Positions 43,866 through 53,320 of a stretch of 64,000 nt of DNA are shown here, one piece after another (within the stretch, counting starts at the first letter, position 1; each line of letters begins with the position of its first letter). Source of the DNA: a bacterium (GTDB taxonomy: Bacteria; Hydrothermota; Tepidihabitantia; Tepidihabitantales; Tepidihabitantaceae); the NCBI GenBank assembly GCA_035505375.1, contig DATJQV010000075.1:83393-147392 (forward strand). The letters run 5' to 3'. Below the pieces are notes generated by a model, which saw only the letters and a list, made by a program, of their open reading frames with translations, was not told the DNA's origin and did no database searches. Both the position numbers and the translations under genes were made by a program.

Positions 43866-46322
43866 ATGCTCAGAGTGAGGATGTTCCTTGTGGCAGTGCT
43901 CGCTGCCGTCGGGTTCGCGGCAACGACCGGGTTGACCGCAAGGCCGGTTTCAAGCACGGCCATTCAGCCTAATCCGACGTCCGTGATGCACGGCGTGGTC
44001 GCGGGAGGTGAGCGTCCGGTTGTTCACTGGGACAGGTTCTACGACCGGCCCGGCGGCCCGCTGCCCGCCGGCCTGCCGAGGAACGTCAGCACGGACTCGC
44101 TCTACTGGAAGCTGTACAGCAGCACCACATACCTCTATTCATCACCCAAGGCGGATAGCGTGACCCCGGGCGACTCAACGGCGTTAGCCTGGCAGAACGA
44201 GCAGACCATACCGTGCATGACCCCGGACGGCCACTACGTCTTTGAGGTGTACGCCTTGACCATGCTGCGCACCAATCTGACTACCGGCGCGGTGGATACC
44301 TTTGCCCTCGCCGATGCAAGCGGCGGCGCGTGCGGCACCGACGGTCACTACGTTTACGTCCCGAAGGGTACCACGACGCGCAAGTACACACTTGACGGAG
44401 CCCTGGTGAGCGCTACCACGACCGACGACTCGTGCTGGGTCGCCGCCAGCACCTTCGGCTTTGGTGTGGCCAACGACACGGTGTGGCTTACCCCGTCCAG
44501 CGCGGGCACGACCTGGTACGGCTATGCCTGCGCCAAGTTCGTCGGCGGCAGTATCACCCACGACGCGACGTGGCCCACGATTGGCGGCTCGGGTGATGCG
44601 ATGTCCTTGACCTTCGACGGCCAGTATTACTTCATGACCTGGGGCGGCTACGCCAAGGATACGCTCCTGTGCTTCTACAAAGACCGTACACTCCACTCGA
44701 CCGGCACGGTGCACGCCGACGCCCGGAGTGTGATGTGCAAGACGGTTGGCTACGGAGTCATGATCTGCCACGGCTCGGGAAACCCCTCATACGTCGGCGG
44801 ACTGGGTCAGATGCTTGAGGATTCATCCGGCGGGAGGTTCGCGGCGGTCGACACCTACTTCATCGGCACCGGTGGACACGCCACGTTTCCGGCCACGGAC
44901 TGGTATGACCTCGGCTATCGGGCGATACTGACGTTCACAGACTACTCTCCCGAAGATGCGGCCACGCTGGGCGACAGCCTCGCCCGATTCATTCAACTGG
45001 GCGGCGGCGTTGTGGAGGCCACATTCGCGGATGCCTCCGGCTATCAAATCGCCGGGAATTGGCGCTCCACGTATGCGCCTTTCACCGTCCAGAGCGCCTC
45101 CCTCACTCCCGGCACGATGGGCACGATCCACCAACCGCTCCACCCGGTGATATCGGGTGTGTCGGCAATCACCATGGACAACTTCCGCACCGGCAATACA
45201 CCCGGCACCCTGCGCAGCACCAGCTGCGTCGGCCTGGCTGAGTACACGGATAGCCACTGCCTCGTGGCATATTTCGACAGCGCCGGCCAGCGTGCCGCCT
45301 CCCTGGGCATGTTCCCGCTGACGTACTGGCAGGATACGGCCGCCGGTCAGTGGTGCCGGCTGATGGTGAACGCGCTCAACTGGGCTGCAGTCGGGCCCAG
45401 CGTGGGCGTAACCGCGCCGAACGGCGGCGAGAGCCTGTATGCCGGCACGGTCCACAACATTACCTGGACCCAGACCGCCAACGGAGCCAGTGATTCAATC
45501 TACTACTCGACCGATGGCGGTGCGAGCTGGACCGGCGTAGCCTGGTGCGCCACTCCGCCGACGCCGCTCCAGTACGCCTGGACCGTTCCGTTCGCGCCGA
45601 CCACGCAGGCCCGGGTCAAGGTTGTGACCTGGGATGGCGACGGCGGCAGAGTCGAGGACAAGAGCGACGCCGACTTCACCATCGTGGTGCCGTCCCACGA
45701 CGTCGGCGTGACCCAGATAATCCAGCCGGTAGACACGGTTGACTCGGGCATGGTCGTCGTGCCGACTGCGGTGGTGAAGAACTTCGGCGGCGTACAAGAG
45801 ACTTTCCCGGTGCGATTCAGCATCGGTGGCAGCTACACGCACGACACGACGGTGACAGTCGGCTCGGGCGTGACCGACACCGTCGCCTTCCCCCAGTGGG
45901 TGGCCGGTCCGGTCGGCACGTTCGAGGTCCGCTGTTCGACCCGGCTGGGGTCGGACGTAAACAATGCCAACGACCGGGCCACGGACACGGTTGTGGTGAA
46001 GCCGTCAGGCGGCATTGAGCAGTCGAAGAACAACGCTTTGCCTCGGGCGTTCGCCCTGCACCAGCCGTACCCTAACCCGCTGGCGTCGAGTGCGCTAATT
46101 CGATACGACCTGCCGTGCCCAACGCAGGTCGAGCTCAGGATCTACGACGTGTCGGGTACGCTCGTGCGGCGGCTGGTCGGCGGAGCGCAGACGGCCGGTT
46201 ACCGGAGCACGTACTGGAACGGGTGCGATGACCGTGGCCGGATGGTCGCGCCCGGCGTTTACTACTGCCGGTTTGCAGTAAGCGACTTCCGCGCGACACA
46301 GAAGCTCGTCGTGCGGAGATAG
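43866..46322 (+). CDS. large secreted T9SS-sorted surface protein, paralog C (with CARDB-like domain)
   Basis: Signal peptide. Conserved family modules. A CARDB-like domain (HDVGVTQIIQPVDTVDSG...NNANDRATDTVVV). C-terminal sorting domain. Confidence 0.7.
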   Translation: MLRVRMFLVAVLAAVGFAATTGLTARPVSSTAIQPNPTSVMHGVVAGGERPVVHWDRFYDRPGGPLPAGLPRNVSTDSLYWKLYSSTTYLYSSPKADSVTPGDSTALAWQNEQTIPCMTPDGHYVFEVYALTMLRTNLTTGAVDTFALADASGGACGTDGHYVYVPKGTTTRKYTLDGALVSATTTDDSCWVAASTFGFGVANDTVWLTPSSAGTTWYGYACAKFVGGSITHDATWPTIGGSGDAMSLTFDGQYYFMTWGGYAKDTLLCFYKDRTLHSTGTVHADARSVMCKTVGYGVMICHGSGNPSYVGGLGQMLEDSSGGRFAAVDTYFIGTGGHATFPATDWYDLGYRAILTFTDYSPEDAATLGDSLARFIQLGGGVVEATFADASGYQIAGNWRSTYAPFTVQSASLTPGTMGTIHQPLHPVISGVSAITMDNFRTGNTPGTLRSTSCVGLAEYTDSHCLVAYFDSAGQRAASLGMFPLTYWQDTAAGQWCRLMVNALNWAAVGPSVGVTAPNGGESLYAGTVHNITWTQTANGASDSIYYSTDGGASWTGVAWCATPPTPLQYAWTVPFAPTTQARVKVVTWDGDGGRVEDKSDADFTIVVPSHDVGVTQIIQPVDTVDSGMVVVPTAVVKNFGGVQETFPVRFSIGGSYTHDTTVTVGSGVTDTVAFPQWVAGPVGTFEVRCSTRLGSDVNNANDRATDTVVVKPSGGIEQSKNNALPRAFALHQPYPNPLASSALIRYDLPCPTQVELRIYDVSGTLVRRLVGGAQTAGYRSTYWNGCDDRGRMVAPGVYYCRFAVSDFRATQKLVVRR

Positions 46323-46366
46323 TAGGGAGTAGACAGCAGACCGTAGACAGTAGACAGGATACAGGT

Positions 46367-46389
46367 CGGGGCGGGCTTCGGGCCGCCCC
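46367..46389 (+). terminator. GC hairpin terminator after paralog C
   Basis: GGGGCGGGC-TTCG-GGCCGCCCC. Confidence 0.5.
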
Positions 46390-46505
46390 TGACCGTCATG
46401 GCGGCGTTGATAAGAAGGGAGCGGTGTACGGTTCACGGATGAAGGCCTGAGGCTTGAGCTTGTGCTTGAGATGCGACGCGGTCGCTATGGCGGGGCTGGC
46501 TTTGC

Positions 46506-46663
46506 TTGACAGCGTATGGACGCGGGTGTTTAATGAGGCGGCCTTGGACGAACGCGGTGATCGGAATTGTCTGCCACCGGTTCGCAGCCGACATCCGGCC
46601 GCAACAGGAGGCCGACCGGGCGTCGCGCAAAGAATCCCGCCTCCGGCTAATCAGAGAGGGAAG
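46506..46663 (+). promoter_or_regulatory. promoter plus conserved leader of paralog D
   Basis: TTGACAGCGTATGGACGCGGGTGTTTAATGAG, then the same leader core. Confidence 0.55.
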
Positions 46664-49162
46664 ATGCCCAGAGTTGTGATAGTTCTGGTATTCAGTGCCG
46701 CGATGTTGGCCACGGCCGGATTCGCCAGCAACAATAGTCTCACCGCGGCGGGCGCCAGCCCGCTTGCTCGGTCGACCCCCGCGCCAAACCCGGCGTCTGC
46801 GGCGTGGGCCGCGCTTCCCGGGAACGCGGGTCCGACGACCATTCACTGGGACAAGTTCTACGACCGGTCCGGGAAAATGCTGTCCGGCGGCCGGGGAGAG
46901 GCGGTTGGCGCCGAATCGCTCTACTGGAAAGACTACAACGACTCTGCCCACCTGAAGTCGTCGCCGAAGGTCCAGAATCCGTCTCCGACCAATCGGACGG
47001 CGATGGCGTTCCACGACCAGCAGTCCACCACGTGCATGGACCCGACCGGCGACTATGTCTATGAGGTAGGCGGCACCAGCCTGTACCGGTACAGCACGGT
47101 TGACGGTTCAATGATGACCTACACCCTTGCATACACGGGCGGGATTGGCTGCGCGACCGACGGCCAGTACATTTACCGGCCGCGCGGCGCCAGCAGCAAG
47201 ACCATCGACAAGTACACGATGACCGGGACCTTCGTCGACTCGACCACAACTGACGTGAGCTGTGACGCATACTCGATATCCTGCTGCCGGGACACGGTCT
47301 GGTTCACCAACAATCGGTCCAGTCCCGTGACTCTTTACGGCTACGCCTGCTCCCGGTTTGCCGGCGACAGCATCAACTACGATGCCACGTGGGACGTCGG
47401 CTCCGGTAACTCCAGCGTCGGCCCGGTTACGTGGGACGGTTACTACTTCTATCTGACCTGGATCGGCACGACCAACGCTACGTTGAAGCGGTTCTACGCC
47501 GACCGGACGCTCTATTCGACCGGCACGGTAAGCATCGACCCGCGCGCCGTGATGTGCAGGAAGAGCGCGTCGTTCAAGGTGCTGTTCGCCGGGACCGAGG
47601 GCGACAATCCTACCCTTCAGGCCCAAATCGTGAGCGCTTCGGGCGGCCAGATAACCTCGGTCGACTACTTCGCCGCGCGCAACGGGCCCCTGCCGGCGTA
47701 TGCTCTCTACCAGCAGGGCTACCGGGTGATAATAACCTTTGGCGGCAACTACCTCTGGGGCAGCGGCGACATATTCGGCGACAGCCTGGCGGCGTTCGTT
47801 GACCTGGGTGGTGGGGCGCTGAATATGACCTATACGACATGCGCCGGTGGCGACTGGTGTATCGGCGGCCGGTACAAGGACCAGTACATGCCGGTGCCGA
47901 CCGTGACCTATGACAACGTCCACTGTCCTTCAATTACCATCCTTGATTCGCTACACCCGATAATGAACGGGGTCACGGCAATCGGCAACTTCACGTGCGA
48001 GCCCTACACGATGGACGTTCGCTCTCCGACATACTCCGTGCGGCTTGCGAACTGGGACGTCACCAATTCCTACATCGAGTGTGCTGCGTTCGATTCCGGC
48101 GGCAGGCGCACCGTGTTCCTCGGCTACCACCCGAACTACAACCCGGGCGGGACCGGCCAGTGGCTCACCCAGCTCGTCAACGCCCTGATTTGGATGGGCA
48201 ATCCGGTTCTCGACGCGAATGTGACCGTGCCGAATGGCGGCGAGAACTGGGTGACCGGTTCGGTCCACAACATCGCGTGGAGCCAGACCAGCAATGGCAT
48301 CAAGGACTCGATCTACTACTCGACCGACGCCGGCGCGAGCTGGACCGGCGTGGCCTACTATGACCCGCCGCCGGCACCACTCCAGCATGTCTGGACCGTT
48401 CCGTCCACGCTGACCTCGCAGGCGCGGGTGAAGGTAGTGACCTGGGACACCGCCGGCGTCAGAGTCGAGGACGCGAGCGACTCCGACTTCACTATCGCGG
48501 CGCTGGTCCACGATGTCAGTGTCCTGCAGGTTATCCAGCCGGTGGACACGGTGGACTCCGGTACGACCGTGGTGCCGACTGCGGCGGTGAAGAACTTCGG
48601 CCAAGTGCAGGAGACCTTCCCGCTCCGGTTCAGCATCGGCGGTTTCTACACAGCCGACACATCGGTTACAATCGACCCCGGCATGACCGACACCGTCGCC
48701 TTCCTCCAGTGGGTGGCCGGTCCGGTCGGCGCGCACGCGGTCCGTTGCTCAACACGCCTGGATTCAGACCAGAACAGTGACAACGACTATACAGCGGGCA
48801 TGGTCGTTGTCGTGCCGCCGCCGCCCGGCATCGAGCAGTCCAAGAGCAGTGCATTGCCGCGAGTGTTCGCGCTGCATCAGCCCCGGCCGAACCCGTCAAC
48901 GTCGGGGGCGCAAATCCGCTACGACCTGCCGCGGTCGGCGCACGTCGAGCTGAACATCTACGGCGTGTCGGGTACGCTCGTGCGGCGGCTGGTCGGCGGA
49001 GCGCAGACGGCCGGTTACCGGAGCGCCAACTGGAACGGGTGCGATGACCGTGGCCGGATGGTCGCGCCCGGCGTGTACTACTGCCGGTTCACGACCGGCG
49101 ACTTCCGGGCCGGGCAGAAACTGGTCGTGGGAGATAGTAGGGAAGTAGACAGCAGACGGTAG
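46664..49162 (+). CDS. large secreted T9SS-sorted surface protein, paralog D (with CARDB-like domain)
   Basis: Start at ATG 46664, where the signal peptide MPRVVIVLVFSAAMLATAG begins. The N-module is closest to paralog A. Confidence 0.7.
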   Translation: MPRVVIVLVFSAAMLATAGFASNNSLTAAGASPLARSTPAPNPASAAWAALPGNAGPTTIHWDKFYDRSGKMLSGGRGEAVGAESLYWKDYNDSAHLKSSPKVQNPSPTNRTAMAFHDQQSTTCMDPTGDYVYEVGGTSLYRYSTVDGSMMTYTLAYTGGIGCATDGQYIYRPRGASSKTIDKYTMTGTFVDSTTTDVSCDAYSISCCRDTVWFTNNRSSPVTLYGYACSRFAGDSINYDATWDVGSGNSSVGPVTWDGYYFYLTWIGTTNATLKRFYADRTLYSTGTVSIDPRAVMCRKSASFKVLFAGTEGDNPTLQAQIVSASGGQITSVDYFAARNGPLPAYALYQQGYRVIITFGGNYLWGSGDIFGDSLAAFVDLGGGALNMTYTTCAGGDWCIGGRYKDQYMPVPTVTYDNVHCPSITILDSLHPIMNGVTAIGNFTCEPYTMDVRSPTYSVRLANWDVTNSYIECAAFDSGGRRTVFLGYHPNYNPGGTGQWLTQLVNALIWMGNPVLDANVTVPNGGENWVTGSVHNIAWSQTSNGIKDSIYYSTDAGASWTGVAYYDPPPAPLQHVWTVPSTLTSQARVKVVTWDTAGVRVEDASDSDFTIAALVHDVSVLQVIQPVDTVDSGTTVVPTAAVKNFGQVQETFPLRFSIGGFYTADTSVTIDPGMTDTVAFLQWVAGPVGAHAVRCSTRLDSDQNSDNDYTAGMVVVVPPPPGIEQSKSSALPRVFALHQPRPNPSTSGAQIRYDLPRSAHVELNIYGVSGTLVRRLVGGAQTAGYRSANWNGCDDRGRMVAPGVYYCRFTTGDFRAGQKLVVGDSREVDSRR

Positions 49163-49183
49163 ACAGTAGACAGGATACAGGTC

Positions 49184-49205
49184 GGGGCGGCCTCCGGGCC
49201 GCCCC
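49184..49205 (+). terminator. GC hairpin terminator after paralog D
   Basis: GGGGCGGCC-TCCG-GGCCGCCCC. Confidence 0.5.
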
Positions 49206-49327
49206 TGACCGTCATGGCGGCGTTGATAAGAAGGGAGCGGTACTCGGTCCACGGTGTACGGTTCACGGACAGCGGCTTGAGCTTGTGCTTGAGCTGCGAC
49301 GCAGTCGCTATGGCGGGGCTGGCTTTG

Positions 49328-49486
49328 CTTGACAGCGTATGGAGGCGCGTGTTTAATGAGGCGGTCTCGCGCGAGCGCGGTGGTCGGAATTGTCTGTCAC
49401 CGGCCCGCAGCCGACATCCGGCCGCAACGGGAGGCCGACCGGACGCCGCGAGATGAGTTCCGCCCCCAGTCCAGCAGGGAGGATGT
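49328..49486 (+). promoter_or_regulatory. promoter plus conserved leader of paralog E
   Basis: TTGACAGCGTATGGAGGCGCGTGTTTAATGAG, then the same leader core. Confidence 0.55.
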
Positions 49487-51922
49487 ATGCGCAGAATGCC
49501 CGTGTTTCTTGTCTCGGTGCTCGCCTTGACTCCGCTCGCGACCGGCCTGATCGCAAAGCCGGTTTTAAGCACAGCCATTCAGTCTGCTCCGAGGCCCGCA
49601 GGGCAGGCGGTGGTCGTAGAACCAGCGCGTACTGTTGTTCAATGGGACAGGTTCTACGACCGACATGGGAACCCGCTGCCGGAAGGGTCACAGGAAGACG
49701 TCGGCACCGACTCGCTCTACTTCAAGCAGTACAACGTGACCGATATCCTCTACGGGTGCCCCAAGTCACAGGCCCCGAATCCGACTCCGGCCGACTGCCG
49801 GCCGGCGTTTGCGTGGCAGAATAGCCAAACGGTGGCCTGTATGGACACGGCGGGCGTCTATGCCTACGAGGTCTACAACACCAACCTGCGGCGGACCAAA
49901 ACGGATGACGGGACGTACACCGATTACACAATCGCCAACGGATACTGGAACTGCGCGACCGACGGTGACAACCTTTACGTCCCGGTCAGCAACGTCGTGT
50001 ATAAGTACACGTTCACCGGGACCCTGGTTGATTCCACGGCCCTCGACATTACTCCGGCGTACTACGAATTCTCGGTAGCAAACGACACTGTCTGGTGCGG
50101 GACCGGTTCCGACACGATCCTCAAAGGTTACGCCTGCTCGAAGTTCACCGGCGGTTCGCTAACGCCGGACGCCACGTGGGACGTGGGCGCCGGCACCGCA
50201 TCCCCGGCCCAAGTCGCCTGGGACGGCCAGTACTACTACGTTTCCTGGGCGGGGTACGCCTCCAACACCTTCAAGCGGTTCAACCCTGACCGAACCCTCT
50301 CGGCCAGCGGGACGATAAGCATCGACACGCGCGGCGTGATGTGCAGGAAGAGCGGTTACACGGTCATGATTTGCTTCGCCGACCCGTACTTCTACGATGT
50401 TGACAGTCTGGGGCAGATGCTGGCGGACTCATCCGGCGGGAAGTTCACAGCGGTTGACACATACAACATCGCCACGCATGCCACTTTCCCGGCCACGGAC
50501 TGGTACAACAGCGGCTGTCGGGCGATACTGGCGTTCACAAACTACTCTCCCGCGGATTCGGCCGCGTTCGGCGACAGCCTCGCCCGGTTCATTCAACTGG
50601 GCGGCGGCGTTGTGGAAGCACCGTTCGCATCCGACCATGGATCTGAGATCACGGGAGCATGGCGCTCGACGTATGCGCCCTTCACTCTTCAGAACGACGT
50701 CCTGGCTCCCGGCACGATGGGCACCATCCACCAGCCGCTCCACCCGATAATGTCGGACGTGACGGCCCTCTATTTGAGCGACTGGCGCGCGGGCAACACT
50801 CCCGGTACGCTGCGCAGCGCTAACTGCGTGAGCCTGGCCGAATACACCGATAGTTTCTGCGTCGCCGCTTGCTTCGACAGCGCGGGCCAGCGTGCCGCCT
50901 CCCTGGGTTTCTATCCACTGGACTACTGGCGTTCAACTGCCACCGGGCAGTGGTGCCGGCTATTGGTGAACGCGCTCAACTGGACCGCGGTCGGGCCCAG
51001 CGTGGGTGTGACCGCACCGAATGGCGGCGAGAGTTGGGATGCCGGCACGATCCACAACATCACCTGGACCCAGACGGCCAATGGGGTCAGCGATTCAATC
51101 TACTACTCGACCGACGGCGGTGCGAGCTGGACCGGCGTGACCTGGTTCGCCACTCCTCCGGCCCCGCTCCAATACGCCTGGACCGTTCCGTTCACGCCGA
51201 CCACGCAGGCCCGGGTCAAGGTCGTTACCTGGGATGGCGACGGCGGCAGAGTCGAGGACAAGAGCGACGCCAACTTCACCATCGTGGCGCAGGCCCACGA
51301 CGTCGGACTACTGAGTATTATCCAGCCGGTAGACACGGTCGACTCGGGCACGGCCGTCGTGCCGACCGCGGTGGTGAAGAACTTCGGCGGTGTCCAGGAG
51401 ACCTTCCCGGTGCGGTTCAGCATCGGCATGCTCTACACGCATGACACCACGGTGACAATCGCTTCGGGCGTGACCGACACCGTCGCCTTCACGCAGTGGA
51501 TAGCCGGTCCGGTCGGAGTGTTCGTTGTTCGGTGCTCGACCCGGCTGGACGCCGACACCAGCCATGCCAACGACCGCGCCATGGACACGGTCGTGGTGAA
51601 ATCGTCCTCCGGCATTGCTCAGGCCGGGAACGGTGCCCTGCCGCTCGTGTTCGCTCTGCACCAGCCGCACCCGAACCCGCTGGCCACGGGCGCTCATATC
51701 CGCTACGACTTACCGCGGCCGACACAGGTTGAGCTGCGAATCTACGGCGTGTCGGGTACGCTCGTGCGGCGGCTGGTCGGCGGAGCGCAGACGGCCGGTT
51801 ACCGGAGCGCGTACTGGAATGGGTGCGATGACCGTGGCCGGATGGTCGCGCCCGGTGTGTACTACTGCCGGTTTGCAGCTAGCGACTTCCGCGCGACACA
51901 GAAGCTCGTCGTGCGGAGATAA
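49487..51922 (+). CDS. large secreted T9SS-sorted surface protein, paralog E (with CARDB-like domain)
   Basis: AGGGAGG RBS. Signal peptide. The N-module is closest to paralog B. Confidence 0.7.
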   Translation: MRRMPVFLVSVLALTPLATGLIAKPVLSTAIQSAPRPAGQAVVVEPARTVVQWDRFYDRHGNPLPEGSQEDVGTDSLYFKQYNVTDILYGCPKSQAPNPTPADCRPAFAWQNSQTVACMDTAGVYAYEVYNTNLRRTKTDDGTYTDYTIANGYWNCATDGDNLYVPVSNVVYKYTFTGTLVDSTALDITPAYYEFSVANDTVWCGTGSDTILKGYACSKFTGGSLTPDATWDVGAGTASPAQVAWDGQYYYVSWAGYASNTFKRFNPDRTLSASGTISIDTRGVMCRKSGYTVMICFADPYFYDVDSLGQMLADSSGGKFTAVDTYNIATHATFPATDWYNSGCRAILAFTNYSPADSAAFGDSLARFIQLGGGVVEAPFASDHGSEITGAWRSTYAPFTLQNDVLAPGTMGTIHQPLHPIMSDVTALYLSDWRAGNTPGTLRSANCVSLAEYTDSFCVAACFDSAGQRAASLGFYPLDYWRSTATGQWCRLLVNALNWTAVGPSVGVTAPNGGESWDAGTIHNITWTQTANGVSDSIYYSTDGGASWTGVTWFATPPAPLQYAWTVPFTPTTQARVKVVTWDGDGGRVEDKSDANFTIVAQAHDVGLLSIIQPVDTVDSGTAVVPTAVVKNFGGVQETFPVRFSIGMLYTHDTTVTIASGVTDTVAFTQWIAGPVGVFVVRCSTRLDADTSHANDRAMDTVVVKSSSGIAQAGNGALPLVFALHQPHPNPLATGAHIRYDLPRPTQVELRIYGVSGTLVRRLVGGAQTAGYRSAYWNGCDDRGRMVAPGVYYCRFAASDFRATQKLVVRR

Positions 51923-51942
51923 TCAGCAGCCCGTAGTTTGAG

Positions 51943-51978
51943 GGGCGGGACGTCGGCGTCCCGCCCCTTCTTGGTTCG
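51943..51978 (+). terminator. GC hairpin + T-tract terminator after paralog E
   Basis: GGGGCGGGACG-TCGG-CGTCCCGCCCC followed by TTCTTGGTT. Confidence 0.6.
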
Positions 51979-52017
51979 CGTTGGCGTCAGGTCAGTCGGC
52001 CGGACAAACGCACGGCG

Positions 52018-52953
52018 TCACTCGTCTGCCGGTGTGGAGTCGGTCGGGGTTCTTACGATGTACGGTATTCCCCATGCGGCTGCGACATACGGCTTCGTGG
52101 AGTCGCCCCAGAGCGTGCCCCAACCGATGGCGTCGTGGATGCTCGGTCGCACAACCGGTTGGTTGTAAGTCTCGTCGCTCACAAGCCAGGTTCGCTCGAA
52201 TGTCCATGTGCCGGTTTTCCACATCGGCCGGCGCCAGATATGCGGCACGCCGAGTCGGCCGTGATGGAGGAACACCCAGCTCGAATCACCGTCGCTCTGC
52301 ACTGTGACGTCGACCGTGACGGTGTCGTGGGGCGCAAACCACGGCAACTGGGACTTGGTGAGCATGGTGTCGGTTGTGGAAAGGTCAAACGTGTCGTGGG
52401 AGATGCGGCTGACAGCGTGGATGTTCGTGATGTTCAGGTGATAGGCCGGATTCTGAGTGGCGGTTGCGAGCGGCGACAGCTTCACGATGTGCCACTTGCC
52501 GTCGTACTTCTCAAGGTAGACCTTTCGGGTTGCCACGTCGGTAAACGGCTTACGCCAGACATAGATGGGATGGGTGGTCGTGTCGAAACACGTGCGGAGT
52601 TCGCCGGTGATGGTCCAGGTAATGGTAGCCAGCGCGGTGCTGTCCGGACCACCGGAGTCGGCGGGTATTTGGACCACCACCTTGCGCTGCACGCCGCTGG
52701 CCGGGATGTAACGGCGGAACCGGACAAAGGGTGGTATGAACTGGATGGACGCGGCGGTGCCCGTCATCGAATCGGGCCGCTCGAGCGTCGTGTCATTGGC
52801 GCCGTAGTTGACGGCGTGGGGGTCGTCGGTGTAGCCGGACGCGGCAAGCAGGCTGGTTATCGTCGCGCTCTCGTCGCCATTCGACTTGGCGCAGCCGACA
52901 AGGACGACCGCCGCAAGCGCGACCGCGACTGCGTACAGAGCTGCTCTCTTCAC
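52018..52953 (-). CDS. hypothetical lipoprotein
   Basis: Signal peptide with LVGC lipobox. No recognisable domain. Confidence 0.5.
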   Translation of the reverse strand: MKRAALYAVAVALAAVVLVGCAKSNGDESATITSLLAASGYTDDPHAVNYGANDTTLERPDSMTGTAASIQFIPPFVRFRRYIPASGVQRKVVVQIPADSGGPDSTALATITWTITGELRTCFDTTTHPIYVWRKPFTDVATRKVYLEKYDGKWHIVKLSPLATATQNPAYHLNITNIHAVSRISHDTFDLSTTDTMLTKSQLPWFAPHDTVTVDVTVQSDGDSSWVFLHHGRLGVPHIWRRPMWKTGTWTFERTWLVSDETYNQPVVRPSIHDAIGWGTLWGDSTKPYVAAAWGIPYIVRTPTDSTPADE

Positions 52954-53320
52954 GTATACCTCCCTGTGTTGTTATGGGCCAATCCGCCTTTTGCGGAAGG
53001 CTGAAGACATACGACGGACTTCATTTGAAGACCTTAGACACAGTATTCCCCAGTATCCCTTCGCCTGTCTCTCCCGGGCGACAAGCTCTGCGACGTCGCG
53101 CGGCTCCGGGCCCTGTCCGAAATCCTCATGAGCGACACCTTGCCTGCTCGGTCAAGCCCACCGTCCTGCCTTCCCGCGTCGCGGCTGTAAGACATGGGCC
53201 GCAAGCCGTCGGCTGTCAGCATCGGCTCGACCAGACCTACCATCTTCTCATGCCGCGCCGGATTCCCCGTCCTTTGTCTCCGGGGCCGCGCGATCGGCGG
53301 CAGCCTCGATGATGCGTTCT

